From NCBI RefSeq assembly GCF_964355755.1, contig NC_092677.1:9136101-9200100 (forward strand): 64,000 bases of DNA, written 5' to 3'. The stretch's first letter is position 1. Each line of letters starts with the position of its first letter. A program made the translations under genes and the position numbers. The notes below the pieces were generated by a model. It had not been told where the DNA came from and did not search any database. It saw only the letters and a program-made list of their open reading frames with translations. Shown in pieces: positions 39,911 to 52,354 of the stretch. The stretch comes from Antedon mediterranea (taxonomy: Eukaryota; Animalia; Echinodermata).

Positions 39911-41896
39911 ATGGATCGAGAGGAAGTATCATTCCGGTCAATGATAAGAGCTTCAGGACTGGGAGAGGTGTGGACACATACTACAGACGTGGACAAGTTC
40001 AAGCAATATGGATGGAGATGCACAACTAAAGAAAACTGCTATTCGCCACAAACTCTTGTAGGGAACTGGAATGAACGAAGATTTGATATAGAAAAAGTTA
40101 GAGTTCCAAAGCAACTTCCATCACAAGTAAGCGATTTATAATTGAACTTTTTCATATTCAGTGTAAATAACCTTATTATAAATTCAAAGGTAAAACATTA
40201 CAGGGAGAATGACAATGCTGTGGGTATCCTCGCTGGATCTCAAACGAAATAAGCAACAATTGGGTAAACCATAACAATATAGCTAAACATCAAGACAGAA
40301 GTACCAAGCAAAACATAAATATTCATTCTAATATTACACTAAAATCACCACGCCACACGTGTGTTAGTATGATACTAATTATAATCTTAACCATCATCAG
40401 TAATGCAAAATCCCATGGTCGCTCATTATTAACAAAACATAATGCACTTCCCGATATAGGGAATCAATTTAGTGAACTTGTTTAAATTGTGGAATCACGA
40501 AATTATTAAGATGAAATTCCAAGATAATATATAACAAGGCCATATAGATGGCTGCAGTCGCGTGCTTAGTGTTTACCGACCGACCGACCAACCTACCAAC
40601 TGACCGAAATTACTGAACATGTTTAAAAATGTTGAAATGTTTAAAAACAGTTATATTTTTTTAATTTACACGTGCGTAGCCTGTCACTTTTGACGTGCTC
40701 GTATAACGTAATTTCGAGTTGAAAAGTAAGTCAAGAAAACAGAAATCGGTCAAAAAGAGTGCGCAATAACATTTAACGCGCATTGCGCGCGCAAAAATCT
40801 GCGCACTCATGGCAATTTTGTAAACGCTTAAAATTGCCTGAAACGTACTCTTATTTCATCGAAAATAAATTTTGAAAATTTTAAGCGCGCGTACGCATGC
40901 GTTACATGCGCTACGCACGTAATTGTATTGCCATATGATGATTTATGCCCTGAAATTTATGAGTACCAAATTTTATTTAATTGTGATTCATGGTTGTGAA
41001 GATATGATTACAAACGTGATTTCGTTAAATCGTGCGTAGACCGCGTAATTTTTTATTGCGCACCGTGAAAACATAACCACATCGATTCCTGGCCATAAGG
41101 AATATACTGTGAAAAATTGGCTTAGCTAGATTAAACTGATATCAAGATAAGGTCAGAAAGCGATAAAACGCATAGTGATACCGGACCGACAGACAGACCG
41201 ACCGACATAGTGAACTATAGAGTCGCTTCCACGCGACTAAAAAACGATATGGAACTTATCAAGATAATAATTATGAAAAAAGGGAATTCCAGGATACAAA
41301 TATATTAAATATGACGATTAGCTTACGTAATCGTATTATTACGATTATCAATCACGATAAATCTTCTTCAGTTATCCTAGATATCGAAATGTATTGATAA
41401 CCACTCTTTATCTTCATAGTACGATCACTATTTCGACACAACATACGATGCGAGTTACGAAAAAGAACAGAAACCAGTTCCAAAAGAACTTCTTCACCTT
41501 GCTAGTAAGTTTTAATTATCAACAACAACAAATCAGCACTCAGAATAAGCAAAATATTTACTGAAAATGAATACTGAATCACCTAAAGTAGGGAACATAA
41601 GTATTGATAGCATTGTAGCCTATGAAATAAAAACGTCAGAAGTAACAGATAAGCAATATATAAGTGCATGAATAATGTCTAATTTATCCAGTTTTTAAAT
41701 AACAAAATCTTTATTTCCCTCCTGAACAGATCGAGCTCCTCGTGCGTACAATACAGCTCAGCCAGAATTAGACCCACCTAGGCTTAGAGAGGAGTACCAG
41801 TCATTCCAGACAACATCTAGAGCTGCCTATGTTAACCCCAAGCTTCGTCAACAGACATGCACAAACGAAGCATTTGCTGGAAAGCCGAGTTTATAA
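39911..41896 (+). CDS. CFAP68: Cilia- and flagella-associated protein 68 (C11orf1/UPF0686), 155 aa, 3 coding exons
   Basis: Exons 39911-40126, 41420-41504, 41730-41896 (468 nt, in phase). GEVWT...KFKQYGWRCTTKENCYSPQTLVGNWNERRFD...LPSQYDHYFDTTYDASY...QPELDPP matches the C11orf1 family. Confidence 0.92.
40533..41243. mobile_element. DINE-1/HINE-like non-autonomous Helentron in CFAP68 intron 1
   Basis: Starts AACAAG; GACC/GACA microsatellites near both ends; terminal stem-loop AGTCGC-TTCCAC-GCGACT (41221-41238) followed by an A run; AGTCGC also occurs near the other end; CpG-rich interior. Confidence 0.7.
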
Positions 41897-42646
41897 CAAT
41901 CAGTGAAATGATTTTATATCCTGGGCTAATTTATAAAATATGTTATGGACATCAAATGCAGAAAATTAAAGCAGAGATTTAATTATAATAGACTGTTTTT
42001 ATAGAGAGAAACATATCGCTCGTTCATAGTTTAGAAAGAACAAAACTAACTTGTCAAATTAATTGTTTAATACGGTAATATATGGAAGATTGGTTCATTA
42101 ATTTTAGGTGCTTTCTTCTGAAGTCTTTCGATGTCTTTTTATTCTAATTGATACTGTACTAATAAAAAAATAGAATATAATAGAGAGTTGGGATGTCCAT
42201 GTGTTTCATGTAACTAGAATACGTACATATTTATCAAAAGCACTGATCGCCAAAGAGACCGAAGGTGGCACAGGGAATTCCCAAGGAATGTAAGTGTTGG
42301 GTTCCTCAGATACAATTCGATTCAATCTTCTATTTCGGAACCTTTCCATAGAAACATGATTTTACGTACAAATTAACAAAAATGTATGCTACTGAAGATT
42401 CGACGAACGAGCGTTCAGTGCGTTAGGCCTACCACACGTCGGGTGGAATCTCCATCCTACAGTATTAGATAGAGCTGGTCATTGTTCCCTAATAACTCAA
42501 GTTTGAGTTGTGAGTCATAATACCACAAACAAACGTACTTACTTATATCCAAACTGTACAAAGTCTAAATTCCAATATAACGCGTAATAAAATATACACA
42601 GTACATTGGGCCTATCTTTTTCTAAGACTACAAAGTTACCGTAAGG

Positions 42647-45600
42647 ATGGCTAGAATGGCCGGTGGTATCTCAATACATAAAGCACTTATACCTGGAATG
42701 CTTATGTTCGGCTTGTTTTTCATGATTAGCCTGTACAGAAAATCCAAGTGTACACCTACGACGACTATAGAAAGACCTGACATCTATACAGTTAATCGGT
42801 AGGCTTAGTAACTTTATATTAGTCTCATCCAAAAGCACTAACGTTGGGAAGTACACTGTGGGCCAGTAGGGTACCGGTATATTATTATATACTGAGGCAA
42901 CAAATCAATTTCTTGGGTATACCAAATAACATAAGCACATTGTACTACACAATTTCGTTACCATGTTCAGATGAACCACTTTCATAAGGAAATCGTGAGG
43001 GTTGCTGATCGTACTATGAACCGACATCCTCATCGTTAGTCTTAATGTGCTCATTCGTAGGCATATTCCTTCCTCCTTCCATCATACACTGATCCTATCT
43101 ATATCAACAGTGATGGATACAAGCAAGGAAGAGGTGTACACCTTTTGTATTATATTGGAATGACCAATGGAGTGGGTTCAAGTCAAGTGACTTGGGTTTT
43201 CCCGATGCACACCTCAGTACAATGTAAATTTGTATCTGTATTTATATAGTCGAAGATGCTCTCCAGGTGGAATGTCATCCTGAGATGAGTAGTAGTAATT
43301 AGTCTTGTTTATTTTATTTCATTTATATGTAATTTTTTACTTTCTATGGACCAGAGTTTCTGAAATAAAAGATTGAATGAACGAATGAATGACTGAATAG
43401 CGTATATTAAGCACATTTAAGTAAATGAGATTTACATTACATTATATAGGAAGTTGCCGATACACGATTTGAACCAATCACAAGAAATACAGTAAGTCAG
43501 AAACTTATTCATTTTTTCTGAATTTATATGTCAAAAACATCAATGATTCGGAAATAGTTTATAACATGAACAATATCAATTAAAAGACCGGAATAAATAC
43601 TCTCAAAAATCGCTGATTAAATAATGCAGTAATGCATAGGATTAACGTTAAGGTATTCTCAGGGAAAAGTGACATTTCACTCTTCTCTGATATTCTGCCT
43701 TTCTGACCATCATATGCCTACACCACTTTTCACTGAGCCATGAAATACTTCTTCAGAACATCTACAGAACGCAAAATATTCATTGATTGTGGAGCCAATG
43801 TGGCGTCGTCTGTACAATTGTTTCGTGAAACGTACCCTGGTGGAAAAGAGTTCATTATTCACTCGTTTGAAATAGATGACAGACTGGCACCATATTTCAA
43901 GGCATACTCAAACCATGTGCTTCATTGCCCTGTTGGAGTTACGTCAAAAGACGGTAAGACAACATCAGTAGGAATTTACATTTAAGCCAATGTACTGAAA
44001 GCAATGTTCACACTTATCGGGATGGAAGGCAGCGCGCAAAGTAAAATAATGGATAGCACTGAATATAATTGAACGTCGCCGTCTTGTAATAAACTGAACA
44101 ACTGTGAAAGTAGCTTATCATATCTGCTGCATGCATGCTGTCTCAACATTCAAATTGTCTTTCCATGGTTGGTATATGAGTCTTTATTATTACTAAATCA
44201 TCTTTTATGTAATTTGAATCAGGTATCATGACAGCTTACAGTGAATCTGCCTGGTCACCCGATAAAGACACAAACAATGGAAAGGATATGCAATGGGGAG
44301 GTGGAACACTTTTTGTTGATGACTTTGAAAGAGCAGATGAAACAGGTGGTGGAAAAAGAAAACTAACACACCGTAAAGGCGTCTCTACTATCGACCTCTC
44401 AATGTGGATCCAACGGAACCTCCAGATAGAAGATTACGTGATTTTAAAATTGGACGTGGAAGGGGCGGAATTTGAAATTTTTCAAAAAATGTTGAAAGAT
44501 GGAACCTTTAAATGGATTGATAAGTAAGAATGTTTATCATGCATAATAACAATTACGTTGTAAGGACCGGGAGGTAGAACAAAGCTACTGTACAATCATC
44601 TCAAACTCTAAGATGTGGATTCTACCGCATTTGCTGCAGCAACTGATGCATACCTTACATACATGTTTCATTTAGTTTTTGTCTTTTTTTTGTGACAGTC
44701 GTCATCCTCATCGCACACGTCCTTCCACGAGGACATCAACATTGCCACCATGAACTCACATTCATAAATGTTTCCATTTATGGTTAGGTTATATGGAGAA
44801 TATCACTTCCATCAACCAATACAATTTAGCCAGAGTAAGAAGATGGCCATTAAGTACGAAGTAGAAAAGAGGGGATTCCCCTTACGAGAATGGATCGCAG
44901 AGTACAGAACATATTCAGACTTTGGCGACCTCCATCCCATAAAGGTTAGAATACTAATATTCCACTTGATTTCTATTTATGTTTTACTTTCCTTTTCCAC
45001 TAAATATTGTTGTCCAATCTCAAGCGATTAAGGCAGTGGCGACGCAAACCGCAGACGTTCAAAAAAGTCCCTCCTCGACCGTAGAACATAGACAGTATTC
45101 ACATAATAACAGATTCACGCGTGAATCTTTCGGGAGCGTATAGAGGTTACCGTACTGGTCCATCAGCTCCTGTTGTTTGACGAATTAATCCAAATTTCCG
45201 CAAAGATTCAGATTTATTTGGTCCTTGCGAAAATTTATGACAGGCACAACCGCTCACATAAAAATACAATAACATACAAAATATATATCTATATACAGTA
45301 TATATAAGTAAAATATACAAGTACAAGACCTTAACCATGTACAGTATAATCTTATGTAATAGATGTTTATCATTACTATAATGCCCTTTGTCTATGATTG
45401 TTGCGGTACATGTTACATCAATTATTGAGATACATTCCTTAAAGATGTATTGTCCCCCTGAAAAAAATAATTCTTAAACTTTTTTTGTTGAAGATTCCAT
45501 TTTAATGTAACATAATAGTTATCCACTTTGACCTAAAATTGGATCGAAAAAAAATCTATTTAACTGAAAAAAATGTAATTTAAAGCAAAAAAAATGGTCA

Positions 45601-46813
45601 AATTGGCTGCCAGCCAATGGATTTTTGGTTGAATGTTAACATTTATTTTGTCATTTTATAAGTGAAAACGTGATTTTTTTTAAATTTTTTTTCTATTGAA
45701 GTGATGAACTTTATTAAAACTACAAAATAACATATTCAAAGTCTGATTTAATTAATCTTCATTTTTCATGTTTTTGAGGGACAATACATCTTTAATAAAT
45801 ACGACAGAACTTATTAGTAATTGTTTTCCAGTATAATACTAGAGTAAGCATATCTAACGCTGATGGCCTTGCTATTTTCATAGGTAAAACCAGAAACACG
45901 TGGAAAGACAGGAATTGTGTACAGACGATGCAGTGCGGAAGATGGTAAACCGAGAGTAGCTCTTACCATCGAAGTTGGCATGACACGAAAATTGGCAGAA
46001 AAAGTAGTGGCTGCTGTCATGGCGTATATACCCCAAATTCCGATTACGCTGTTTGTATATGGCGACTTCGTAGACGAGTACCCAAACCTTGTAAGATCAT
46101 GGGCCAGGCGCTTTGAGGTAGGTATACGGGGTAACCATCCATACCCCCACGGTCATGTTGAGATGATCATGGGCAACTGGGCAAAAGAGGCGGGGATTAG
46201 TGCAGAGTTACGAATGCAGGAGATTGGTCTCAACATGAAGTTTTATATGCCGCCATGTGACGTCACGGATATTATACTGGCACAAGGACGACATAGACAG
46301 TGGCGTATTATTAAACCAATTGCAAGTTTCCCGCCAATCACAGGTAAGAGTAACTTTGCATGTTGCTGGTGAATACTTTCTTATCCAATCCTAATCATGT
46401 TATCTTCATTATTACAAGAGCTAGTATTGTTTCCAAGGCAATTTTTCTACAGTGAATTTTATAGCAAACATATTATAAATAGGTGCTGTGACCAACATTG
46501 TTGGTTAAAGAGTCTGCAACGTTTATTATCTCCTACCAACATACTTGTTTAATAAAGTAAATAATAAAGTTTGTTTGTATTTACAGAACCACTGCTGACC
46601 GTTGCTAAATACTACAAATACCGTGATGTAGAGCGGGTTCCGAAGGCACTGCGCATTATTGACAACCAGCTACTTAGATCAAATGGTGGAGTTCTAAGTT
46701 TAGACACCGACCATCCGGATTCCTATATGATCATCGTATTCCTACTGGACTACCTCGTTGAAAATTCAGACTACCAACTGGTGACAATGGACGATTGTAT
46801 AGATGGAACTTGA
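42647..46813 (+). CDS. Type II membrane protein: signal anchor, FkbM/Methyltransf_21-like SAM methyltransferase domain, degenerate NodB/CE4 polysaccharide-deacetylase-like domain; 497 aa, 6 exons
   Basis: Exons 42647-42798, 43757-43953, 44223-44523, 44788-44944, 45884-46343, 46587-46813 (1494 nt, all GT-AG, in phase). TM segment ALIPGMLMFGLFFMISLY. Methyltransferase motifs IFIDCGAN, IHSFE, VILKLDVEGAEFEIF, LYGEYH. CE4-like VALTIEVG, ITLFVYG...YPNLVR...FEVG..GNH, FYMPP, YQLVTMDDCI. Confidence 0.85.
45443..45791. mobile_element. TTAA-targeting (Kolobok-like) MITE; second copy ~53360-53766, fragment 32181-32220
   Basis: TTAA-AGATGTATTGTCCC...GGGACAATACATCT-TTAA; ATTAATCTTCATTTTTCAT is shared by all three copies. 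Confidence 0.75.
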
Positions 46814-47863
46814 GATATATCCAGTGGCGGACCAAAGACTTCTGAAACGGAGAAGCACGGATAATATACTTGTATGGTGGACCTTAGTCTGGCTTCCAGA
46901 GTTTTGTCTTAATATTAGTAAAAAGATAAATATTTTGGCATATATGGCGTTTCATACATATACTACTTGATTTTGGCAAAAACCGAAATAAAAACAAATT
47001 TTAAAAAAAGACCTACATGGAGAAAATTGCATGCCACCTTGTTGGATAAAGGCAATTTAAAAGCTTCTAAGGTGTTTATATATCAACGAATTAAAACCAC
47101 CAAAAAGGTCTTTCTACATTTCTGTGGAAGAACACCAGCAGAGAAAACTCCATTGACATGTTTTCGAAATTGACAGCGTCGACTTTTGAACAATATAATG
47201 CGATATTATTATTCAATAATTCCTGTAATGTATTTCTTAATTTTTTTCTGATTTATGAATACTGTACCATGGAGAAATAAGCCATGTTAATACATATATA
47301 CCAATGTACAATTATAACAATATTATCTAAATCTATGATTTTGCATAACATAAATTAGTTCCACATTCACAAATTGTATGGAATGTTTCTCCCATAGGAG
47401 CTACAGCACATTACATGTTAAAGTCACTTTCACTTTCTTTTGTAAAATAAATGTTGATGTATAGACATTAGCACAAAATATTTTGTAAACTTTTCACAGA
47501 ATACTTATGTGACTGTAGTTTTACTTTGTGGGACTGATGCATTATATAATATTGATTAATAGGAAAGCATTCAAAATAAAAAAAAAATTAAAACAAGTAA
47601 TTTCAATTTGATAAAACAACATTATTATAATCAAAATTTACACACAAATAATGATAACGGTAAGCTCAATATCACGGTTATTTTTCCAATTTTATGTAAA
47701 ATTGATCGTCAGTTCCTGGGTTGCCAATGTAATCATTTGCCTGATGTAATTTTAATCCTTCAACTGCATCAACTCATTTTATTGTTACCTTAAACAAATT
47801 TGTGCTTAAGGAGAATTGACCAAGACTCTTTAAGGATAGTACAAATAAATGAATGAATTTCCG

Positions 47864-50800
47864 TCAATGTGTTAATAAACCAAGACGCAGTGGCAGCAGG
47901 GAGATTGCAGCTCCACTAATACCATGACAAAGTGTCTCCCAATCATCTAACTCAATATCGTACACTTGTGTAGGACTCGTGTTTAGATGGCTGTCAAAGC
48001 AAAAACCATTAACAAAAAAGAACACACGATCACCAATCCTGAAAGCGCCTATACCGTTTTCTGGTATTAGACTTTGGTCCTGTGAAATATACATGCCTGT
48101 GTGAACTGCACTGCACTCATCAAGGAGATGCTCAACCACTGAAGGGCATAGATCCCATTGTTGTGAACCATACACACGGCTCGGTACCGATTTGTAACAT
48201 ATAGAGTAAAGCTTATCATCTTTGATGTACAAGTCTACCTGTCGGTTTGAGTTTAGTCCCAGTCGTTTTTCCGGTAACCACGAGTTGAGGTCAGGATCGA
48301 AACAGCTGTATCGAACTTGGCCATGCCCTTTAAAGATATGAATCCTGTTGTGAAAAACAATCGCTGTTGTGTTATACCGTGCTTCGTCCAAGGCAGCAAC
48401 GCAGACCCATTTACTGCGGGCAAGATCGTACCGCTCGACAGATCGCAGTGGGTTGTCGTCTTTATCAAGGCCACCAATTGCATAGATATAGCCCTCGTGG
48501 TGAACAAGTGAAAAACTCTTCCTTTCAACTTTCATAGACGGCAAACTTGACCATTTATTGCCTTTTGCATTATAAACGAAGAAATAATTCCTGGTGGCAG
48601 TCTTCCCAGAGTTGATATACTCTCCACCAGCGATGAACAAGTGTTCACCAACCACGACAGCCGTGTGGTTGATGACCGTCTGATATGGCAACTGCGCAAA
48701 GTTTTTTAATGGCTCCCATGATTTTGAATTTGCATTGTATTGGCGTACAAAACTCATTGACGTGTGTCCACCAATTGCAATCATCGACTTGAGTAAAAAA
48801 AAAAAAAAACATGTTTATAAAAATCTGACTATACAACATTTATAAATATTATTAACTACACATACACTTAGAATTTGTGAAGGGAATCATAAATTGCTGG
48901 GTGGAAAACTAATTTATAACTATAACTTATACTTTTAATTTATTTAAATCTATTTAAGTACAGAAGAACCTCTATTGAGGGGACGGACATCTTCAGGACC
49001 CAACAAAATACCCTGAATTAGAGGTTGGTCGTTCTAAAAACATCTACAGTATTCCCCTCATTCATTTCATGGAAAAGTGTCCTTCATAGGAGGTATCGCA
49101 AAGAAGGGGGTTCTAGTGTTTTGAGCCCCCTCTCATACCCTAATAGAGTGACCCAAAGAAAGGGGTTCTAGTGTTTTGAGCCCCCCTCTCATACCCTAAT
49201 AGAGTGACCCAAAGAAAGGGTTCTAGTGTTTTGAGCCCCCTCTCATACCCTAATAGAGTGACCCAAAGAAAGGGGTTCTAGTGTTTTGAGCCCCCACTCA
49301 TACCCTAATAGAGTGACCCAAAGAAAGGGTTCTAGTGTTTTGAGCCCCCTCTCATACCCTAATAGAGTGACCCAAAGAAAGGGTTCTAGTGTTTTGAGCC
49401 CCCTCTCATACCCTAATAGAGTGACCCAAAGAAAGGGTTCTAGTGTTTTGAGCCCCCCTCTCATACCCTAATAGAGTGACCCAAAGAAAGGGGTTCTAGT
49501 GTTTTGAGCCTCCTCTCATACCCTAATAGAGTGACCCAAAGAAGGGGGTTCTAGTGTTTTGAGCCCCCTCTCATACCCTAATAGAGTGACCCAAAGAAAG
49601 GGGTTCTAGTGTTTTGAGCCCCCTCTCATACCCTAATAGAGTGACCCAAAGAAAGGGGTTCTAGTGTTTTGAGCCTCCTCTCATACCCTAATAGAGTGAC
49701 CCAAAGAAGGGGGTTCTAGTGTTTTGAGCCCCCTCTCATACCCTAATAGAGTGACCCAAAGAAGGGGGTTCTAGTGTTTTGAGCCCCCTCTCATACCCTA
49801 ATAGAGTGACCCAAAGAAGGGGGTTCTAGTGTTTTGAGCCCCCTCTCATACCCTAATAGAGTGACCCAAAGAAAGGGGTTCTAGTGTTTTGAGCCCCCTC
49901 TCATACCCTAATAGAGTGACCCAAAGAAAGGGGTTCTAGTGTTTTGAGCCCCCTCTCATACCCTAATAGAGTGACCCAAAGAAGGGGGTTCTAGTGTTTT
50001 GAGCCCCCTCTCATACCCTAATAGAGTGACCCAAAGAAGAAGGTTCTAGTGTTTTGAGCCCCCTCTCATACCCTAATAGAGTGACCCAAAGAAAGGGGTT
50101 CTAGTGTTTTGAGCCCCCCTCTCATACCCTAATAGAGTGACCCAAAGAAAGGGTTCTAGTGTTTTGAGCCCCCTCTCATACCCTAATAGAGTGACCCAAA
50201 GAAAGGGTTCTAGTGTTTTGAGCCCCCCCCCCCTCATACCCTAATAGAGTGACCCAAAGAAGGGGGTTCTAGTGTTTTGAGCCCCCTCTCATACCCTAAT
50301 AGAGTGACCCAAAGAAAGGGTTCTAGTGTTTTGAGCCCCCTCTCATACCCTAATAGAGTGACCCAAAGAAAGGGGTTCTAGTGTTTTGAGCCCCCTCTCA
50401 TACCCTAATAGAGTGACCCAAAGAAGGGGGTTCTAGTGTTTTGAGCCCCCCTCTCATACCCTAATAGAGTGACCCAAAGAAGGGGGTTCTAGTGTTTTGA
50501 GCCCCCTCTCATACCCTAATAGAGTGACCCAAAGAAGGGGGTGCTAGTGTTTTGAGCCCCCTCTCATACCCTAATAGAGTGACCCAAAGAAAGGGGTTCT
50601 AGTGTTTTGAGCCCCCTCTCATACCCTAATAGAGTGACCCAAAGAAGGGGGTTCTAGTGTTTTGAGCCCCCTCTCATACCCTAATAGAGTGACCCAAAGA
50701 AAGGGTTCTACAGTATTTATTTATTCACTTTATACCTTTGATGAAAGTCTGGGTGCAAATAACTGTGGATGCTGAGCAAATAGTGGGCCTGTGACTGCTT

Positions 50801-52011
50801 TAGCCATAGCATGATGTTGCATTAACTGATCATACAACAGTTTACATTGAGGTACTGTCAGAACGTCTTTATCAAAAGCTTCTAGAATTTCCTGAGCTGA
50901 TAGTAGTCCGAGCCGCACTTTCTTTAGAAGCATAGCAGAGTGATGTAAACGTGTTTCCTTGTCATATCGGATCCAGTTTATAACAGCTTTTAAGATCTGA
51001 AAAAGATGGATAAAAGTAACGGAAATGTAACTACTGTACCTGGTATGTAAAGTATCTTAATTACCACAAATTAGTTCCAAGCGGTGTAAACACACTTCTT
51101 TGATACACTCCTATTCACAGAACATGCATAATTTTTTGTAAAACAAACAAGGGGCAATATACCATTTTATAGCCCTATTAGGCTTTGTCTACACTATCAA
51201 ATTTTATGTGACAAAAAAAATGTGATGTGCCCATATATGGACATGTTGTCATATTACTACCATGGCCACAACACAATTTTGTTGTCCAATTAGTTTGATA
51301 GTGTACACATGTATATATAAGGGATACTTTTTTTGGGTCACAAACATGAATAGTACTACTGTACCTGTATGTTTAATAATTTACCTGATATTCACCACTA
51401 ACAGCTAAATTTTCTTTTTGCAAGAAATTAGCTAACCGTCTTGCAGTCATATACTCCAAGAAATCTTCCGTCTCGCAAACTTCAACAAAATTCCGTGTGA
51501 TGTATCTGTCTGCCGTTTCTCTTAAACTTTTCATATCAAAGTTATTTGCCATTTCTGATATTTTTAGAAAGTCAGCAAAGTGAAATTTCTCATGAAGAAA
51601 ACAATGTTCTATATAATCGACGCATTGGGTGACTGCAATAGGCATACTCAAATGATTCGCCGCAGCAAGCACATCAAACACATTGTCGGGAGTTAGCGCC
51701 AGTTGCGAAGAATACGCAAAATCTAAGATTAGTTGGAATGATTCTGCACATACATCCGTCTCTTCTTGAAATTCTATCACATCTTGCGACGATTCCTTAA
51801 GTCCTCCTGTGAACATTGCGCGGAAGTAATCACTGGCCCCTGATAGGATGATTTTGTGAGCGGAGAATTCTGCATCTTCTACTTTAATCTTAATATCACA
51901 GAATAATTCTTCGTGACGCAGTGCATGGAGGCTGTCCATTAAGTGCTGACCCCACCTTCGTTGATGTCCACTTGTGTCAAACATGACAAATGTTGGCGTT
52001 TGTGTATCCAT
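47864..52011 (-). CDS. Kelch-like protein (BTB-BACK-Kelch, Cullin-3 adaptor type), 603 aa, 3 coding exons
   Basis: Exons 52011-51385, 50996-50736, 48787-47864 (1812 nt, phase 0). BTB: FCDIKIKVEDAEFSAHKIILSGASDYFRAMFTGGLKES. BACK: EYQILKAVINWIRYD...LLKKVRL. Kelch repeats: IAIGG, LFIAGG, IYAIGG...SVERYD..SKW. Subfamily not assignable. Confidence 0.92.
48961..50713. mobile_element. pogo/Tigger-like MITE internally expanded by a minisatellite
   Basis: Left end TA-CAGAAGAACCTCT, right end AGGGTTCTACAG-TA; a related unexpanded, degenerate element lies at ~31200-31437. Confidence 0.5.
49101..50709. repeat. Minisatellite, 55-bp unit x ~29, in Kelch-like gene intron 2
   Basis: Unit GTTCTAGTGTTTTGAGCCCCCTCTCATACCCTAATAGAGTGACCCAAAGAAGGGG; near-identical, head-to-tail, with variation mostly in the C and A/G runs. 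Confidence 0.97.
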
Positions 52012-52354
52012 TGTTGTGTTGTACGGTAACACAAATTTTACCTATCAATAAATGAAAAGAATTCCCTTGTTAAGACATTTCATAAATCTTAAATACGAAA
52101 CTAAATAAACATTTTGTTTATATTAAAATTTACATTAATTTTGTGTTGTGAAACTTTGTTTTTTATTTTACAGAATAGTAGTAAATGTTATTCTAACAAT
52201 AGCCGAATAACAAAAAGAGGAATTAGAAGATAGCCCTTTTTCTACAGTACCAACACATCAAGTGAATGGAGTTTAAAGTCTCTCCAGGTTTCTTCCCTCC
52301 TCCTCCTCCTAGCAGGAAACGAATATTCCTAATAACTAACCATCCCTCTCTAGA

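Noticed and set aside
42391-42421. Second hammerhead-like motif CTGAAGA...CGAGCGTTCAG
   Set aside because: The GAAA box is missing; at best a decayed copy.
42960-43290. GC-richer patch in intron 1 of the methyltransferase gene as an extra exon
   Set aside because: No phase-compatible acceptor/donor pair was found, and exons 1 and 2 already join in frame.
43740-43756. ORF-track start MKYFFR for the methyltransferase gene
   Set aside because: It overlaps a good acceptor (TTCTTCAG at 43756) that joins in phase to an upstream signal-anchor exon.
49101-50709. CRISPR-like regular array and ORFs 49243-49471
   Set aside because: The units are contiguous with no unique spacers, there are no cas genes, and it sits in a eukaryotic intron. 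The ORFs are translations of the repeat.
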